A stretch of DNA of 64,000 nucleotides, from the NCBI GenBank assembly GCA_037447605.1, contig CM074809.1, positions 2,284,689 through 2,348,688 on the forward strand. The letters run 5' to 3'. Each line of letters starts with the position of its first letter. Position 1 is the first letter of the stretch. The translations under genes and the position numbers were made by a program. Below the pieces are notes generated by a model. That model worked only from the letters and a program-made list of their open reading frames with translations. It had not been told where the DNA came from and made no database searches. Positions 1 through 11,200 of the stretch are shown piece after piece. The stretch comes from Zygnema circumcarinatum SAG 698-1b. Taxonomy: Eukaryota > Plantae > Zygnematophyceae.

Positions 1-357
1 CGTATCGTATCGCATACACGTAGTTTTCCGCTCTTCGCGTTGTTCGTCTCATTACGTGAAAAGATGTTTGATTGAACTCACGATGGCAAGGCCATCAAAT
101 GTACAAGGAGAAAGTCGACATAAGGAACCAAAAGAAGCGGTCACCACGGACATAAGGACAGAGAGAAGGCTTGGAAATGGAAATCAACTTCTAGGCGCAA
201 CAACACGGCACTAGAAGCAGCCGCGAAGGTCGCCAATGTGGGGCGCAGTACGCGCGGGAAGGGGCGAAAGACCACCGGGACGGGTCCCAACAACTGCGGC
301 ACGTCGAAGGATCGTGGAAGCAAGACACCGCTGTAAGGCGACGGAAATGCGCTGTCG
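1..357. repeat. Duplicate of 1090-1430 (MITE/LINE 3' junction plus LINE 3' end) ending at an N gap; probable assembly duplication
   Basis: 1-341 reads identically to 1090-1430, including the insertion junction gttcgtctcattacgtg; Ns at 358-367. Confidence 0.8.
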
Positions 358-367
358 NNNNNNNNNN

Positions 368-786
368 CCCCCCCCCCCCCCCCCCCCCCCTGGATCCCCG
401 CGCCTCGCGCGCAGGATCCGACTGTGCACCGACGTACGGCACCGCGCATCGCGGCGTGGCCCGCGAGATGCGGCGAGCATGGGGACCGGAAGCAGGAATG
501 TCCAATGGAAGACTGCCACGTGGCAACCTCTGACCCAAACCATTGGACATCCCTGCTTCCGGTCCCCCATGCTCACCGCATCTCGCGGGCCATGCCGCGA
601 TGCGTGGCGCCGTACGTCGGTGCACAGTCGGATCCTGCGCGCGAGGCGCGGGGTCCGATTGTCTACATGATCTCTCCGCCCGAAAGATCCAAGGGGGGGG
701 AGGGCGTGATTAGCCAACATGAAAGTACAAATTTTCCCGGAAGGGGGTGCGGATATCCAAAAAGTGGGGCGGCTGTATCATTTTCT
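368..786. mobile_element. Non-autonomous MULE-type foldback element (left end lost in N gap)
   Basis: Internal palindrome (~392-510 vs ~541-655) with a ~30-bp spacer. The right arm ends ...ggatatccaaaaagtggggcggctgtatcattttc, the same terminus as the intact copy at 41178-42211. Confidence 0.8.
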
Positions 787-790
787 TTTC

Positions 791-812
791 TAGGGTTTTA
801 GGGTTTTAGGGG
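791..812 (+). repeat. Short interstitial telomere-like repeat (TTTTAGGG, ~2.5 units)
   Basis: tagggttttagggttttagggg. Confidence 0.55.
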
Positions 813-1142
813 TACGAATAGTACGGGTAGTACGGCTACAGTACAGTGGGGGGTCCTCATATTTTCGCCATGGTATTGGCCAAAAAGGGGCGAAAATATT
901 GATTTTGCAAATATAAGGTTCGTGTTACCAATAGGCTTTCGGTACCATGTTAGAGTTCATGTTTGCCCGTACGTATCGTATCGTCTAATATCGTATCGTA
1001 TCATACCATATCCGTCAGTATCTGTCTTACTGTTCCGTATCGTATCGTCCAATATCGTACCATATCATACCGTATATATCGTACCGTGCCGTATCGTATC
1101 GCATACACGTAGTTTTCCGCTCTTCGCGTTGTTCGTCTCATT

Positions 1143-4100
1143 ACGTGAAAAGATGTTTGATTGAACTCACGATGGCAAGGCCATCAAATGTACAAGGAGA
1201 AAGTCGACATAAGGAACCAAAAGAAGCGGTCACCACGGACATAAGGACAGAGAGAAGGCTTGGAAATGGAAATCAACTTCTAGGCGCAACAACACGGCAC
1301 TAGAAGCAGCCGCGAAGGTCGCCAATGTGGGGCGCAGTACGCGCGGGAAGGGGCGAAAGACCACCGGGACGGGTCCCAACAACTGCGGCACGTCGAAGGA
1401 TCGTGGAAGCAAGACACCGCTGTAAGGCGANNNNNNNNNNCGCGCCGCCCAAAAGAGCAAGGTCGGGCCGCACATTGCGCTCGCCCGTTGAAGTCGGCCG
1501 AGGTGGTATAACATGGGTCGGCTCGCGCTGCACAAGGTAACCCGCCTCCTGAGCCACGGCGGCAATAGCATCACGGACAACATTGTGGGCCAAAATGCGC
1601 TCGCCACCGCGTACACACCGAAGAAGATGCACACCCTGCGCATCAATCAAACGACCACAACCACAACGGGGAGAACCCTGCAAAGGGGGGTGGGGGAGCC
1701 CAAGACGAAGACGCGCAGCAAGCTGAAACTGGCTCGGAGAGAGTTGAAGGGTGGAAAAAATCGGGGTAGCAGCCAGCCACGCCCCTGCACCAGGACCAGC
1801 ACAAGATCGCAATCGAGCACGCGCAACATCGGAAGGGAGAGCCGCAATAAGGGTAGAAAACTCAGCAGCAACAACCTCCTCTGTCACAATAGTCTGGACG
1901 CGCGAAACAGACTCAACAGCCAGGGAAACAAAAGGGGGAACACGGGCTTGGGCACTAGAAGGGAGCAAACCATGAGCAGCGCGCAAAGCAATCTGGAAGG
2001 GAAGATGACCATCATCAACATGAGCAACAACAGACTGGAGCAACGGACGATCATCCACAAGGAAACGTGAAGCTAGAACCGGAGCAACAAGCGCCCAACT
2101 ACCCAAAAAGGCAGGGGATGCAATACGTGTAGTTGGGACAAGCCCCAAACCGCCTGCAGAAATAGGGAGCGAGGCTTGCAAACGAGCAAGCGGGCCTTCC
2201 GGCCGGTCAAAAATACCCGCACCCAAGAGGCGATGACACACAGAAAATAAACGCTCATCAAAAGATTGCAAGGAAACAAGAAAAGCATCGGTAGGAGGGA
2301 GGGTCCGTAAGAGGTAAGAGGGATGTAAGGCAAAACAACGAGTCAATAAGGAAAAAGCCACCTGAGGATCAGAAAGGTGAGGCAACTCATCAACCTGAGA
2401 CACATCCTCAACCAAAGCATCCTCCACAAAACGATCAACATATGATGCAGCTCCAAAAGGGCAACCAAGAACGCGGATACCAAGCGCGTCTGAGCAAGTC
2501 TGTGTACCCGACGGTAGCGAAAGGGAAGCGGGGAGACCAACTGGAGACCAAGCAAAACATTTGGACAAATTAACAGTAAGCTGCAAAGCTGCCAGTCGAG
2601 TACTGAAATCAGTAAAGGCAACAACAACCTGGTCAGCGGGGCCAAGAATGTGAGTATTGTCAGCAACGGAAGGGAAAAGGCACCCTGGAAAGGCCTGGGC
2701 AGACGCTTGAAGCGCACGAAGGTGTGCCAAAGCAAACAAAGGACCCCCCAAAGGGTCGCCCTGGCGCGTCCCTGTCGCAGACTCAAGATTGCCAAGAAAA
2801 NNNNNNNNNNAAGTCGGCCGAGGTGGTATAACATGGGTCGGCTCGCGCTGCACAAGGTAACCCGCCTCCTGAGCCACGGCGGCAATAGCATCACGGACAA
2901 CATTGTGGGCCAAAATGCGCTCGCCACCGCGTACACACCGAAGAAGATGCACACCCTGCGCATCAATCAAACGACCACAACCACAACGGGGAGAACCCTG
3001 CAAAGGGGGGTGGGGGAGCCCAAGACGAAGACGCGCAGCAAGCTGAAACTGGCTCGGAGAGAGTTGAAGGGTGGAAAAAATCGGGGTAGCAGCCAGCCAC
3101 GCCCCTGCACCAGGACCAGCACAAGATCGCAATCGAGCACGCGCAACATCGGAAGGGAGAGCCGCAATAAGGGTAGAAAACTCAGCAGCAACAACCTCCT
3201 CTGTCACAATAGTCTAGACGCGCGAAACAGACTCAGCAGCCAGGGAAGCAAAATGGGGGACACGGGCTTGGGCACTAGAAGGGAGCAAACCATGAGCAAC
3301 GCGCAAAGCAATCTGGAAAGGAAGATGACCATCATCAACATGAGCAACAACAGACTGGAGCAACGGACGATCATCCACAAGGAAACGTGAAGCTAGAATC
3401 GGAGCAACAAGAGCCCAACTACCCAAAAAAGCAGGGGATGCAATACGTGCAGTTGGGACAAGCCCCAAACCGCCTGCAGAAATAGTGAGCGAGGCTTGCA
3501 AACGAGCAAGCGGGCCTTCCGGCCGATCAAAAATACCCGCACCCAAGAGGCGATGACACACAGAAAATAAACGCTCATCAAAAGATTGCAAGGAAACAAG
3601 AAAAGCATCGGTAGGAGGGAGGGTCCGTAAGAGGTAAGAGGGATGTAAGGCAAAACAACGAGTCAATAAGGAAAAAGCCACCTGAGGATCAGAAAGGTGA
3701 GGCAACTCATCAACCTGAGACACATCCTCAACCAAAGCATCCTCCACAAAACGATCAACATATGATGCAGCTCCAAAAGGGCAACCAAGAACGCGGATAC
3801 CAAGCGCGTCTGAGCAAGTCTGTGTACCCGACGGTAGCGAAAGGGAAGCGGGGAGACCAACTGGAGACCAAGCAAAACATTTGGACAAATTAACAGTAAG
3901 CTGCAAAGCTGCCAGTCGAGTACTGAAATCAGTAAAGGCAACAACAACCTGGTCAGCGGGGCCAAGAATGTGAGTATTGTCAGCAACGGAAGGGAAAAGG
4001 CACCCTGGAAAGGCCTGGGCAGACGCTTGAAGCGCACGAAGGTGTGCCAAAGCAAACAAAGGACCCCCCAAAGGGTCGCCCTGGCGCGTCCCTGTCGCAG

Positions 4101-5017
4101 ACTCAAGATTGCCAAGAAAATTGCTAGTACCGCCAAAAGGGAAAAGGAGAGGGCTCGAACGAGAATAAAAGGCACGAACAAAGGGAAAAATAGAGGCGAT
4201 AGGGGCAGGAGCCTCGCGCAACTCCCGAAAAATCTCCTCACGTGCAACACTGTTGAAGGCGTTTGTCACATCAACCTGCAAAACCACCCAATCCGGATGA
4301 AGGTCAAGCGTCGCTCGAATACCATGAACGACCGCCTCGCAACCCCCAGGGGTTGCGACACCAAACTGATAAGGGGAAAAATGATCCTGAAAAGCCCCCT
4401 GCAACTGCAAACACATAGCACGGGCAACCACACGATACAAGACCTCCCCCACAGCGATGGGGCGAACGCCGTCGACAGGCTTGGCAAGAGCCACTAAGCG
4501 AGCAGAAGTAAGGAGATGACTAATAGACACAGGGACACGACCCTGAGCAATGATGGAAGCAAGCTGAAAAAACAAATCAAAGCCACCCTCGCCCATGTCG
4601 GGAGAGAACACATCACGAAATAACTCATAAACCATGCCCGATGGCCCCCCAGCAGACAAATGGGGGGACCGGGTGACCGCCCGCGCAAAGGCAACACGAT
4701 CAAGCACAAAAACGTCGACTGGCTCAAAAGTATCAATAAACGACGGGAGGGCCGCCGGGGCAGGTGGGTGAAGAGTGCGCAAGCAATCCAAGGTATCAAG
4801 AGTCGCAGGGGCAGGTGTAAAAGGCCGTAGAGCTCGAGCGGCACGAGAGAGCTCCCCACATCGACCTAGCTGCACAGCCCGACGGTGCCGAGCGGGGGCG
4901 TCAGAAAGGGAAGGCGAACGGCTAGTGGTCGACGTAGACAGAGCACGAATACGATCCGTATGCTCCGCCTGCAAAAGCTCCCAATCCCCTGCTGAAAAAC
5001 GAAGGCACCGCCGACGG
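1143..5017 (-). mobile_element. 5'-truncated CRE-clade non-LTR retrotransposon (RT, CCHC knuckle, restriction-like endonuclease), defective
   Basis: RT motifs in order: SAGGPSG, LVALAKPVDGVRPIAVGE, QFGVATPGG, QVDVTNAFNS, TRQGDPLG, SVADN. Then CGCGRLIDAQGVHLLRC (zinc knuckle), RPDL (RLE) and the C-terminal RQRISVALQRC...IGDLRGCF. Flanked by direct repeat GTCTCATT (1135-1142, 5018-5025). Contains N gaps and an internal duplication. Confidence 0.9.
1300..5017 (-). pseudogene. Retrotransposon RT/RLE ORF, no start codon, YxDD-type motif reads VADN, premature TAG at ~3214 in one duplicate segment
   Basis: ORF track 3214..5172 and 1300..3207. Codons GCT GAC AAT occur in both copies of the catalytic motif; agtctagacg at 3211-3220 vs agtctggacg at 1891-1900. 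Confidence 0.85.
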
Positions 5018-5075
5018 GTCTCATTGATGATGCTATAATTATCAATAGTGGAAGAGCACACCCATGATAAAATAA

Positions 5076-5690
5076 GGGGGCGACTATTTACAGTGTACGG
5101 ATTCTGAATGTAGTGTACGATTTCGCCGGGCAGCAAAAAAATCCTTTTTTTGGTTGCCCGGCGCTGTTTCATACTTTTTAGAATAGATACAGACCTTTTT
5201 TCGTCGGATGTACGGATAGTGATTTGAAATGTACGAAGCGCGCGCGTCTACAAGGTAGAAGGGCGAAAAAAGTGGATTCCGCGGACGGCAGTCGGAAATG
5301 GCGGGAATAAAAACTGACAGATTTTTCCTGAAACACGCTACGTTATGTGCCCTATCTTTCTCTGTCAGTTTTAATTCCGGCCATTTCCGACTGCCGTCCG
5401 CGGACTCCACTTTTTTCGCGTCTCGTTTCGTCACGTCACGGTCCCAAACATACTTCCCACGTCATATGTTGCCGCACCAATCATGTCGCTCCACGTGTTG
5501 CGCCCTTCTACCTTGTAGACGCGCGCGCTTCGTACATTTCAAATCACTATCCGTACATCCGACGAAAAAAGGTCTGTATCTATTCTAAAAAGTATGAAAC
5601 AGCGCCGGGCAACCAAAAAAAGGATTTTTTTGCTGCCCGGCGAAATTGTACACTACATTCAGAATCCGTACACTGTAAATAGTCGCCCCC
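5076..5690. mobile_element. Foldback MITE, 615 bp, with 8-bp TSD TAAAATAA
   Basis: Starts gggggcgactatttacagtgtacgg and ends ccgtacactgtaaatagtcgccccc; ~180-bp outer arms plus an inner hairpin. TAAAATAA at 5068-5075 and 5691-5698. Confidence 0.9.
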
Positions 5691-6084
5691 TAAAATAAAT
5701 GAGTGAGTTAATATTAGGCTGGGGGTTGACGGGCTTCCACGGCAATGAAACAAAACGGGTGCCTTGTGCGACTTGGAAGACGCTCAATACCAAAACACCT
5801 CTTAAAGTCAATATGCTTGCCGTGTAGATGGTTGATGTGGATGGTATATGGAGCAGACGAGGAGAGGAGCGAGCGCCTCTTACGGCGGACACCTGTGGGA
5901 CGATTCTACAACTCGTACGGCTAGTACGAATAGTACGTACAGTACGGACAGTACGGCTAACATTGAGTTACCGTACAAAAAGGTGGTTTCGGCAAAATCG
6001 GGGCGAATTTCTTGGGAGCGCACTGTACAGGGTGGAAAATATGAGGACCCCCCACTGTACACGAATTTTTGACTTATCGTAAAT

Positions 6085-6540
6085 TCCTAATATTTGCCAC
6101 CCTCTTACTTGCGTTCCCCAAGAAATTCGCCCTGATTTTGCTGAAACCACTTTTTTGTACGGTGTCTGCGTTAAATGTATTAGGGGTGTTAACCTAACCT
6201 AACCTATGTTTCAATACAAAATCTGTTAATCGAAACGACTTTCGAACATGGGTCACGCTATTCCGATGTAAAGTAAGTACTAATAAAATCTCTAAGTCGT
6301 ACTGTATGTGTACGGCACCAATAGGAGCTTGTGTAATTAAATGTACGGCACCAATAGGAGCTCGCGACATGGCCCGCCGGGCGGCCATGCGCCTCCGTAC
6401 ATAGAGAAACAGTACGGCCGCAAGCCGGTCTAACATAATACCGCGCGCCTAATGTTAACTTCCTGATATTTTCAAATTCCAATAATTTCGCCCAATATTT
6501 GCCGAAACCATGGCGAATTTATATATAGGAGGGGGTACTG
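6085..6540. mobile_element. Tc1/mariner-type MITE, left TIR degraded
   Basis: Body aligns to 41497-41902 (ccccaagaaattcgcc...taggggtgttaacctaacc...catgggtcacgc). The right end ggagggggtactg is followed by TA. Confidence 0.65.
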
Positions 6541-6552
6541 TAATGTACTATA

Positions 6553-7634
6553 CAGTAGACCCCCCCAATATTTTCGCCATGGTTTCGGCAAATATTGGGC
6601 GAAAATATTGGATAGCGAAAATATAAGGGTGGCCGTGTTAACAATAGGCGGGCGGTATTAGGTTAGACTTACAGTAGGGGGTCCTCATATTTTCCACCCT
6701 GGTTCCGGGCAAAATGAGGCGAAAATATTAAATTTGCATATATAAGGTTCGTGTTACGAATAGACGGGCGGTATTATGTTAGAGTTCATGTTGGACCGTA
6801 CGTATCGTACCGTATCATATCGTACCGTGTCGTACTGTATCATTTAGCATCGTATCGTATCGTGACATATCGTGACGCATAGACGTAGTTTTCCGCTTTC
6901 TGTTGTTCGCCTCAGCTCGTACAGCTCGTACGGACAATACCATATCGGGGCGTTTCGTATCGTATCGCCTAGTATCGTAAAGTATCGTACCGATCGTTCC
7001 GTGTCGTATCGTATCGAAGCCAGGAAGAAGGGGAGAAGGGCGAGCGCCTCTTACGGCGGCACGAGCGGGGAGATTAGGTGAGTTTTGCGGAAGCCCGTAA
7101 CGGCTAGTACATATAGTACGGATAGTACGGCTAGTACGAATAGTACGAATAGTACGGCTAACACAAGTTACCGTACAAAAAGGTGGTTTCGGCAAAATCG
7201 GGGCGAAAATATTGAGGACGCAGTCCTTGGGGTGGTAAATACGAGGACCCCCCACTGTACTGTTTGTTCGTACATATCGTATCGTATCGTACCGTATCGA
7301 AGCCACGAACAAGAGTAGAGGAACGAGCGCCTCTTACGGCGGCACGTGCGGGAAGAGTCTTGAGCCCGTAACGGCTAGTACAGCTAGTACGGCTCGTAGG
7401 GTTAGTACAGTACGGCTAGTACGGCTAGTACGGACCTTAAGGCTAGTACAGTACGGTCAATACGGCTAGTACAGTTCGTAAGGCTAGTACGGTACGGCTA
7501 GTACGAACAGTACGGCTGGTACGAAAAAAAAAGAAGTGAAGAGAAGAAGTACAAAAAAGTGGTTTTGGCAAAATCAGGGCGAAAATATTGGGTAGCGAAA
7601 ATAAGAGGGGCGAAAATATTGTGGGGGTCTACTG
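6553..7634. mobile_element. Tc1/mariner-type MITE containing a nested family member
   Basis: TIRs cagtagacccccccaatattttcgcc / ggcgaaaatattgtgggggtctactg (1 mismatch); TA at 6551-6552 and 7635-7636. Confidence 0.85.
6672..7257. mobile_element. Tc1/mariner-type MITE nested in the 6553-7634 element
   Basis: TIRs cagtagggggtcctcatattttccaccc / ggggtggtaaatacgaggaccccccactg, with TA on both sides. Removing it restores ggttagacttactgtttgttcgtac, matching the family consensus. Confidence 0.85.
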
Positions 7635-7639
7635 TATGC

Positions 7640-7680
7640 TGAAATTTAGTACGGCCATGGTCAATGACTGACCCCCCCTA
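7640..7680 (-). mobile_element. Orphan TE-terminus-like motif (TAGGGGGGTCAG...CCATGGCCGTACTAAATT), hAT-like start
   Basis: The reverse complement matches 32825-32860; no partner end or TSD found. Confidence 0.4.
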
Positions 7681-8273
7681 TTGCTGAAGTTTAACAAGAT
7701 CTCATTCATGAAAGCACATTGAAATAGCACATCGGTACAAAATCAGCATTTGCCTTCTCAGCCGGATCCACCCCTGTCCTGATTTCTTCAACTATCCGCC
7801 CTCCTTCGCAGTAACAAGAACAGTTCAAGCTGAGAGTTAAGCCACAACTGCAATAGCTACAGAGTTGTTACATGGAACCTGCCGCAGCAAAACTGATGTG
7901 CGGTAGGTTAGCAACCCAACTCAGGACACCTCGGAGGGACTGTGAACTACTGAAAGCGGAAAAGATAATCGAAAACAAAAATAAGGAAAGGAAAAAAAAA
8001 GGGGAATAACATTCCATCGTTCTTCCAAAAAATAATGCTACATCCAAATCGACCCGCCGCCTGAAGCTTTTTGTTGACAGTATAAATCTGTACAGGTGGA
8101 GGCGGCACCGACCAAATGCTGTGTCAGTCAGCCGAGCCCCTTGCACTGGCTGACCTTTTTCTTATTGTGTTGTTGTCCTTTTTGCCGCATCCATTGAACA
8201 AGGTATTGTCACACACGTTTGATGGGATCTGGCGCCTTTCAGCCCTTCAACAGGGAGCGGGTAACGCGACACC

Positions 8274-11200
8274 TCAGGCAGCCGGAGCAGCTTCTGCTGG
8301 CGGGGCAGTGAACTTGTGAGGGACGCCATGTGACTCGGCAATAGACGCCCGAGTGGTGATGTTAAGTCTCGTCACAGCGCTGGTTGAGAGGGAGACGTGA
8401 CGGAAACCATAGCGTCGAAGCACTTGGTCATCGCCAAAGTGGAAGCCCCTGCACCGAGCATCAAGGGAGGGTCTTAAAGCTTCCACCTTGTGCAGGAGCG
8501 GCTCAGCTTTTTCCCTTTCAAGGTTGAGCATACAATACAGGTAGGTGCATTTATTCAATTCATCTGCTCACCGGTTCATTTGGTCAATGCACTCCTCCAC
8601 GTTCTGCACACCGAAGTCCTCACAGGACTCACAGCCAACGTAGTGAGTGACAAAGGGCCACCTATCGTCTCCTAAGCCAGGGTGGTGCTTAGCCCTCATC
8701 TCCTCAAACCTGCAGTCCCTCCAAGGCACCATGGAGGCTGAGCAGTCGGCCACAGTTTTTGAGTTACTACCTGAGAAACAGACACACTCCCCCAAAGCAT
8801 TCTTCTTCATCGTATCAAAGCCACCTTTCATCAGCATATCCTCTCACCTGGAGCTCAATGTGGCCCAGTAACCATGTAAGTGATAGCTGTTCTCAAGAAA
8901 TATTTTTGGACCCCACTTGTTGCGTTGATGACTCATTAACCACACCAATGCGGACTGATCATCCGCATCCATTGCTGGCCGCCCCTGACATTCTCAAGCC
9001 AAAGCTCATGTCAGGAGAAAAGTTGCACGCAACACACTTTCAATTGGTTTGCCTCTGCAGGGCTAACAAAGGAACGGTGTTGGAACAGAAAGTCAAGCAT
9101 TACTTGCAAGAATTGCATCCTGTGAACGGAAAGGCATGTAGCAAAGGTTCTATCTAAACTGACTTTGAGTTCTGAAGTAAGGATGCGCCCCGCCTCCTCT
9201 CTGATGCTGCCCTGGGGGCCCATCAGGGCCCACTCGTCTAGGAGGTTCAAGGACCACTGCAACCACCATCCAACATGTACTGCAGGTCAACCTCCGTCTA
9301 CCACCGCCGTTTTCATTTTTCGTCTTGAATACAGAAATTTCGATAGGCAGGTTGCAACTTTGCTCACTAATCAAGGCTACTGCATTCTGCTGCTCATGGG
9401 AGATGCTTAAATTCATGATATAAAAAACCTCCAGACAACCTAATGAAGGCATGAGCCACAGATAACATGCAATAGTGGCAGATAGCAGCCTCTGAACGAG
9501 TAAACTGAGGCACGCATAATCCTTTCAACTCCTCGCAGCATATTTGATGTATTACGTAACCAGACCGTTAGCAAGGTAAATGCAAAGCAAAGCACGTCCA
9601 AAGCACTTGTCCGCGACACCCATGACAACATTGACCCGAAGAACTTCCCAAACTCTTACCTGACAGTTCCTAAGCAAAAAACTTCCTGTGTTCAGCCCCA
9701 CCCTGCACAGCAAACGGTTGGATTTCCATGTAAATTCATTTAAGACATCACCAACATAACTCATCATGTCTTGCAAGAGGTCGAGCAGAGGATTGAAGCA
9801 AACTACAAAGCCTCACCAATGCTTTCCAATAAGTGCTAGGAAATCCTTATTTCTGCAGTTGGCAATGCCGAACACATTCACCTGCTCCTGGTTCTAATCC
9901 CATTCACATTCAAGCATTGGCTCGCCCTCCAAAACTTGAACATAGTCTATAATTCGTGAATGATGGCCTGCCCTTCTATATCTAGTAGTAGAATCAAGCA
10001 TTTAAATGAAATGCATCACGTACAACGAATGCATAATTTCCTTGCACCGCACAGCTCTGCAGCTACAGTTGTGTCTCATGTAGCTCACCAGTCCTTCTCC
10101 TTGTACACGAGGTCATCCCAACCAGGGACCACCTGTGAGAACTCGGCATATTTCCTCATTGGCAATTTGAATTTCATATCTGTAAATCCGCACGAATTGC
10201 TTGATGAGTTTCCTCAGACTGCTTTTGTTTTGTTGATACTTTGTAGGATGTTCACATCCTCTCCCTGGATGTTTGAGTAGTTTACACGACTGACATGAAG
10301 AACACACAATCAGTTAAGCATGAAAAAGAAAAACCACCCTTCATGGTTAAGGGCTTCATACCTGTGATGAATGCGTCTGAGTCAATCCACCAGAACCACT
10401 CAACTTCGGGATGAAGAAGCATGAGGCGCCGCAAAAGAGGAAGCTTTGCCCATGTTCCCGCCATTGTAAGATCCATGACAGCCATGTTGAAATGGACTTC
10501 TATGCCTTTCTGCCGGCAATAGTCCAGTTTGTTTTTTAAGGATTTTAGCAGCAGATGATCTCCTATCGGACTCTGACACGTTTCTGGGCCAGATCCAGTA
10601 ACGAGCATCATCTTTGGGTCGTCAATCGTCCCATTGGCACCCGGGTTGCCTGCGAGAAACTCCTCCCTTTGGATGTCCCAATCTGTTTGTCAACCATCAA
10701 ACCCATAACACTTGTCACTGGCTTCCGCAATCGAACTGTATGAGCCTGGTGAGTCCACTTTAAGAAGAAGTCTCCAACTATATCCATCTGGCAAGGTGCA
10801 GTGTCAGTGGAAAAAGAGCTGGTTCAGGCCAAAAAAGAATTTCTGTATCACCATGTGGAAGTCGTTTTTTGAAAATGTTCAGGACTTCTGTCTCGGTGTT
10901 AACTCGAAGGGTTCGTTGGTCAGAGCCCAAAAAAAATGGCTATTCATGACAAACATATGAACAAGGCTACCCTCCGGGCAATACAGAGAAGCTAGGGACG
11001 ACGGCAGACGATCAAAGGAAACTGATGAAAAGAAGTTAAAGCCTCTTACGAACAACCTTCGAGAATCTGGTGAGACAAGAGCTTGAAGCTGAGAACGGAA
11101 GTACATGCAGACTTCCAGAACACATCAACAAGCGTGAATATTATGGGGATCTTTGTGAATCCTCAATCATTTGCATTGTAGCATTGGCGTAAGCTGCTTT

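Larger units (their letters stand above)
844..6057. mobile_element. Tc1/mariner-type MITE (host element) interrupted by a LINE and a foldback MITE
   Basis: Perfect 22-bp TIRs cagtggggggtcctcatatttt (844) and aaaatatgaggaccccccactg (ends 6057), each flanked by TA (842-843, 6058-6059). Both halves match the uninterrupted family member at 6672-7257. Confidence 0.8.

Noticed and set aside
141-801. Mirror-image ORFs on both strands here, at 5084-5682 and at 41054-42165
   Set aside because: Artefacts of palindromic MITEs, with no protein-like features.
791-812. TTTTAGGG repeats as the target of the CRE element (as for MoTeR/Cnl1) or as a chromosome end
   Set aside because: Only ~2.5 units, 330 bp from the LINE junction. 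The TSD-defined insertion site is GTCTCATT inside a MITE.
5017-5172. N-terminus MKQRRATKKR... of the 652-aa ORF as the retrotransposon start
   Set aside because: It is read-through from the foldback MITE and host sequence outside the TSD, not element-encoded.
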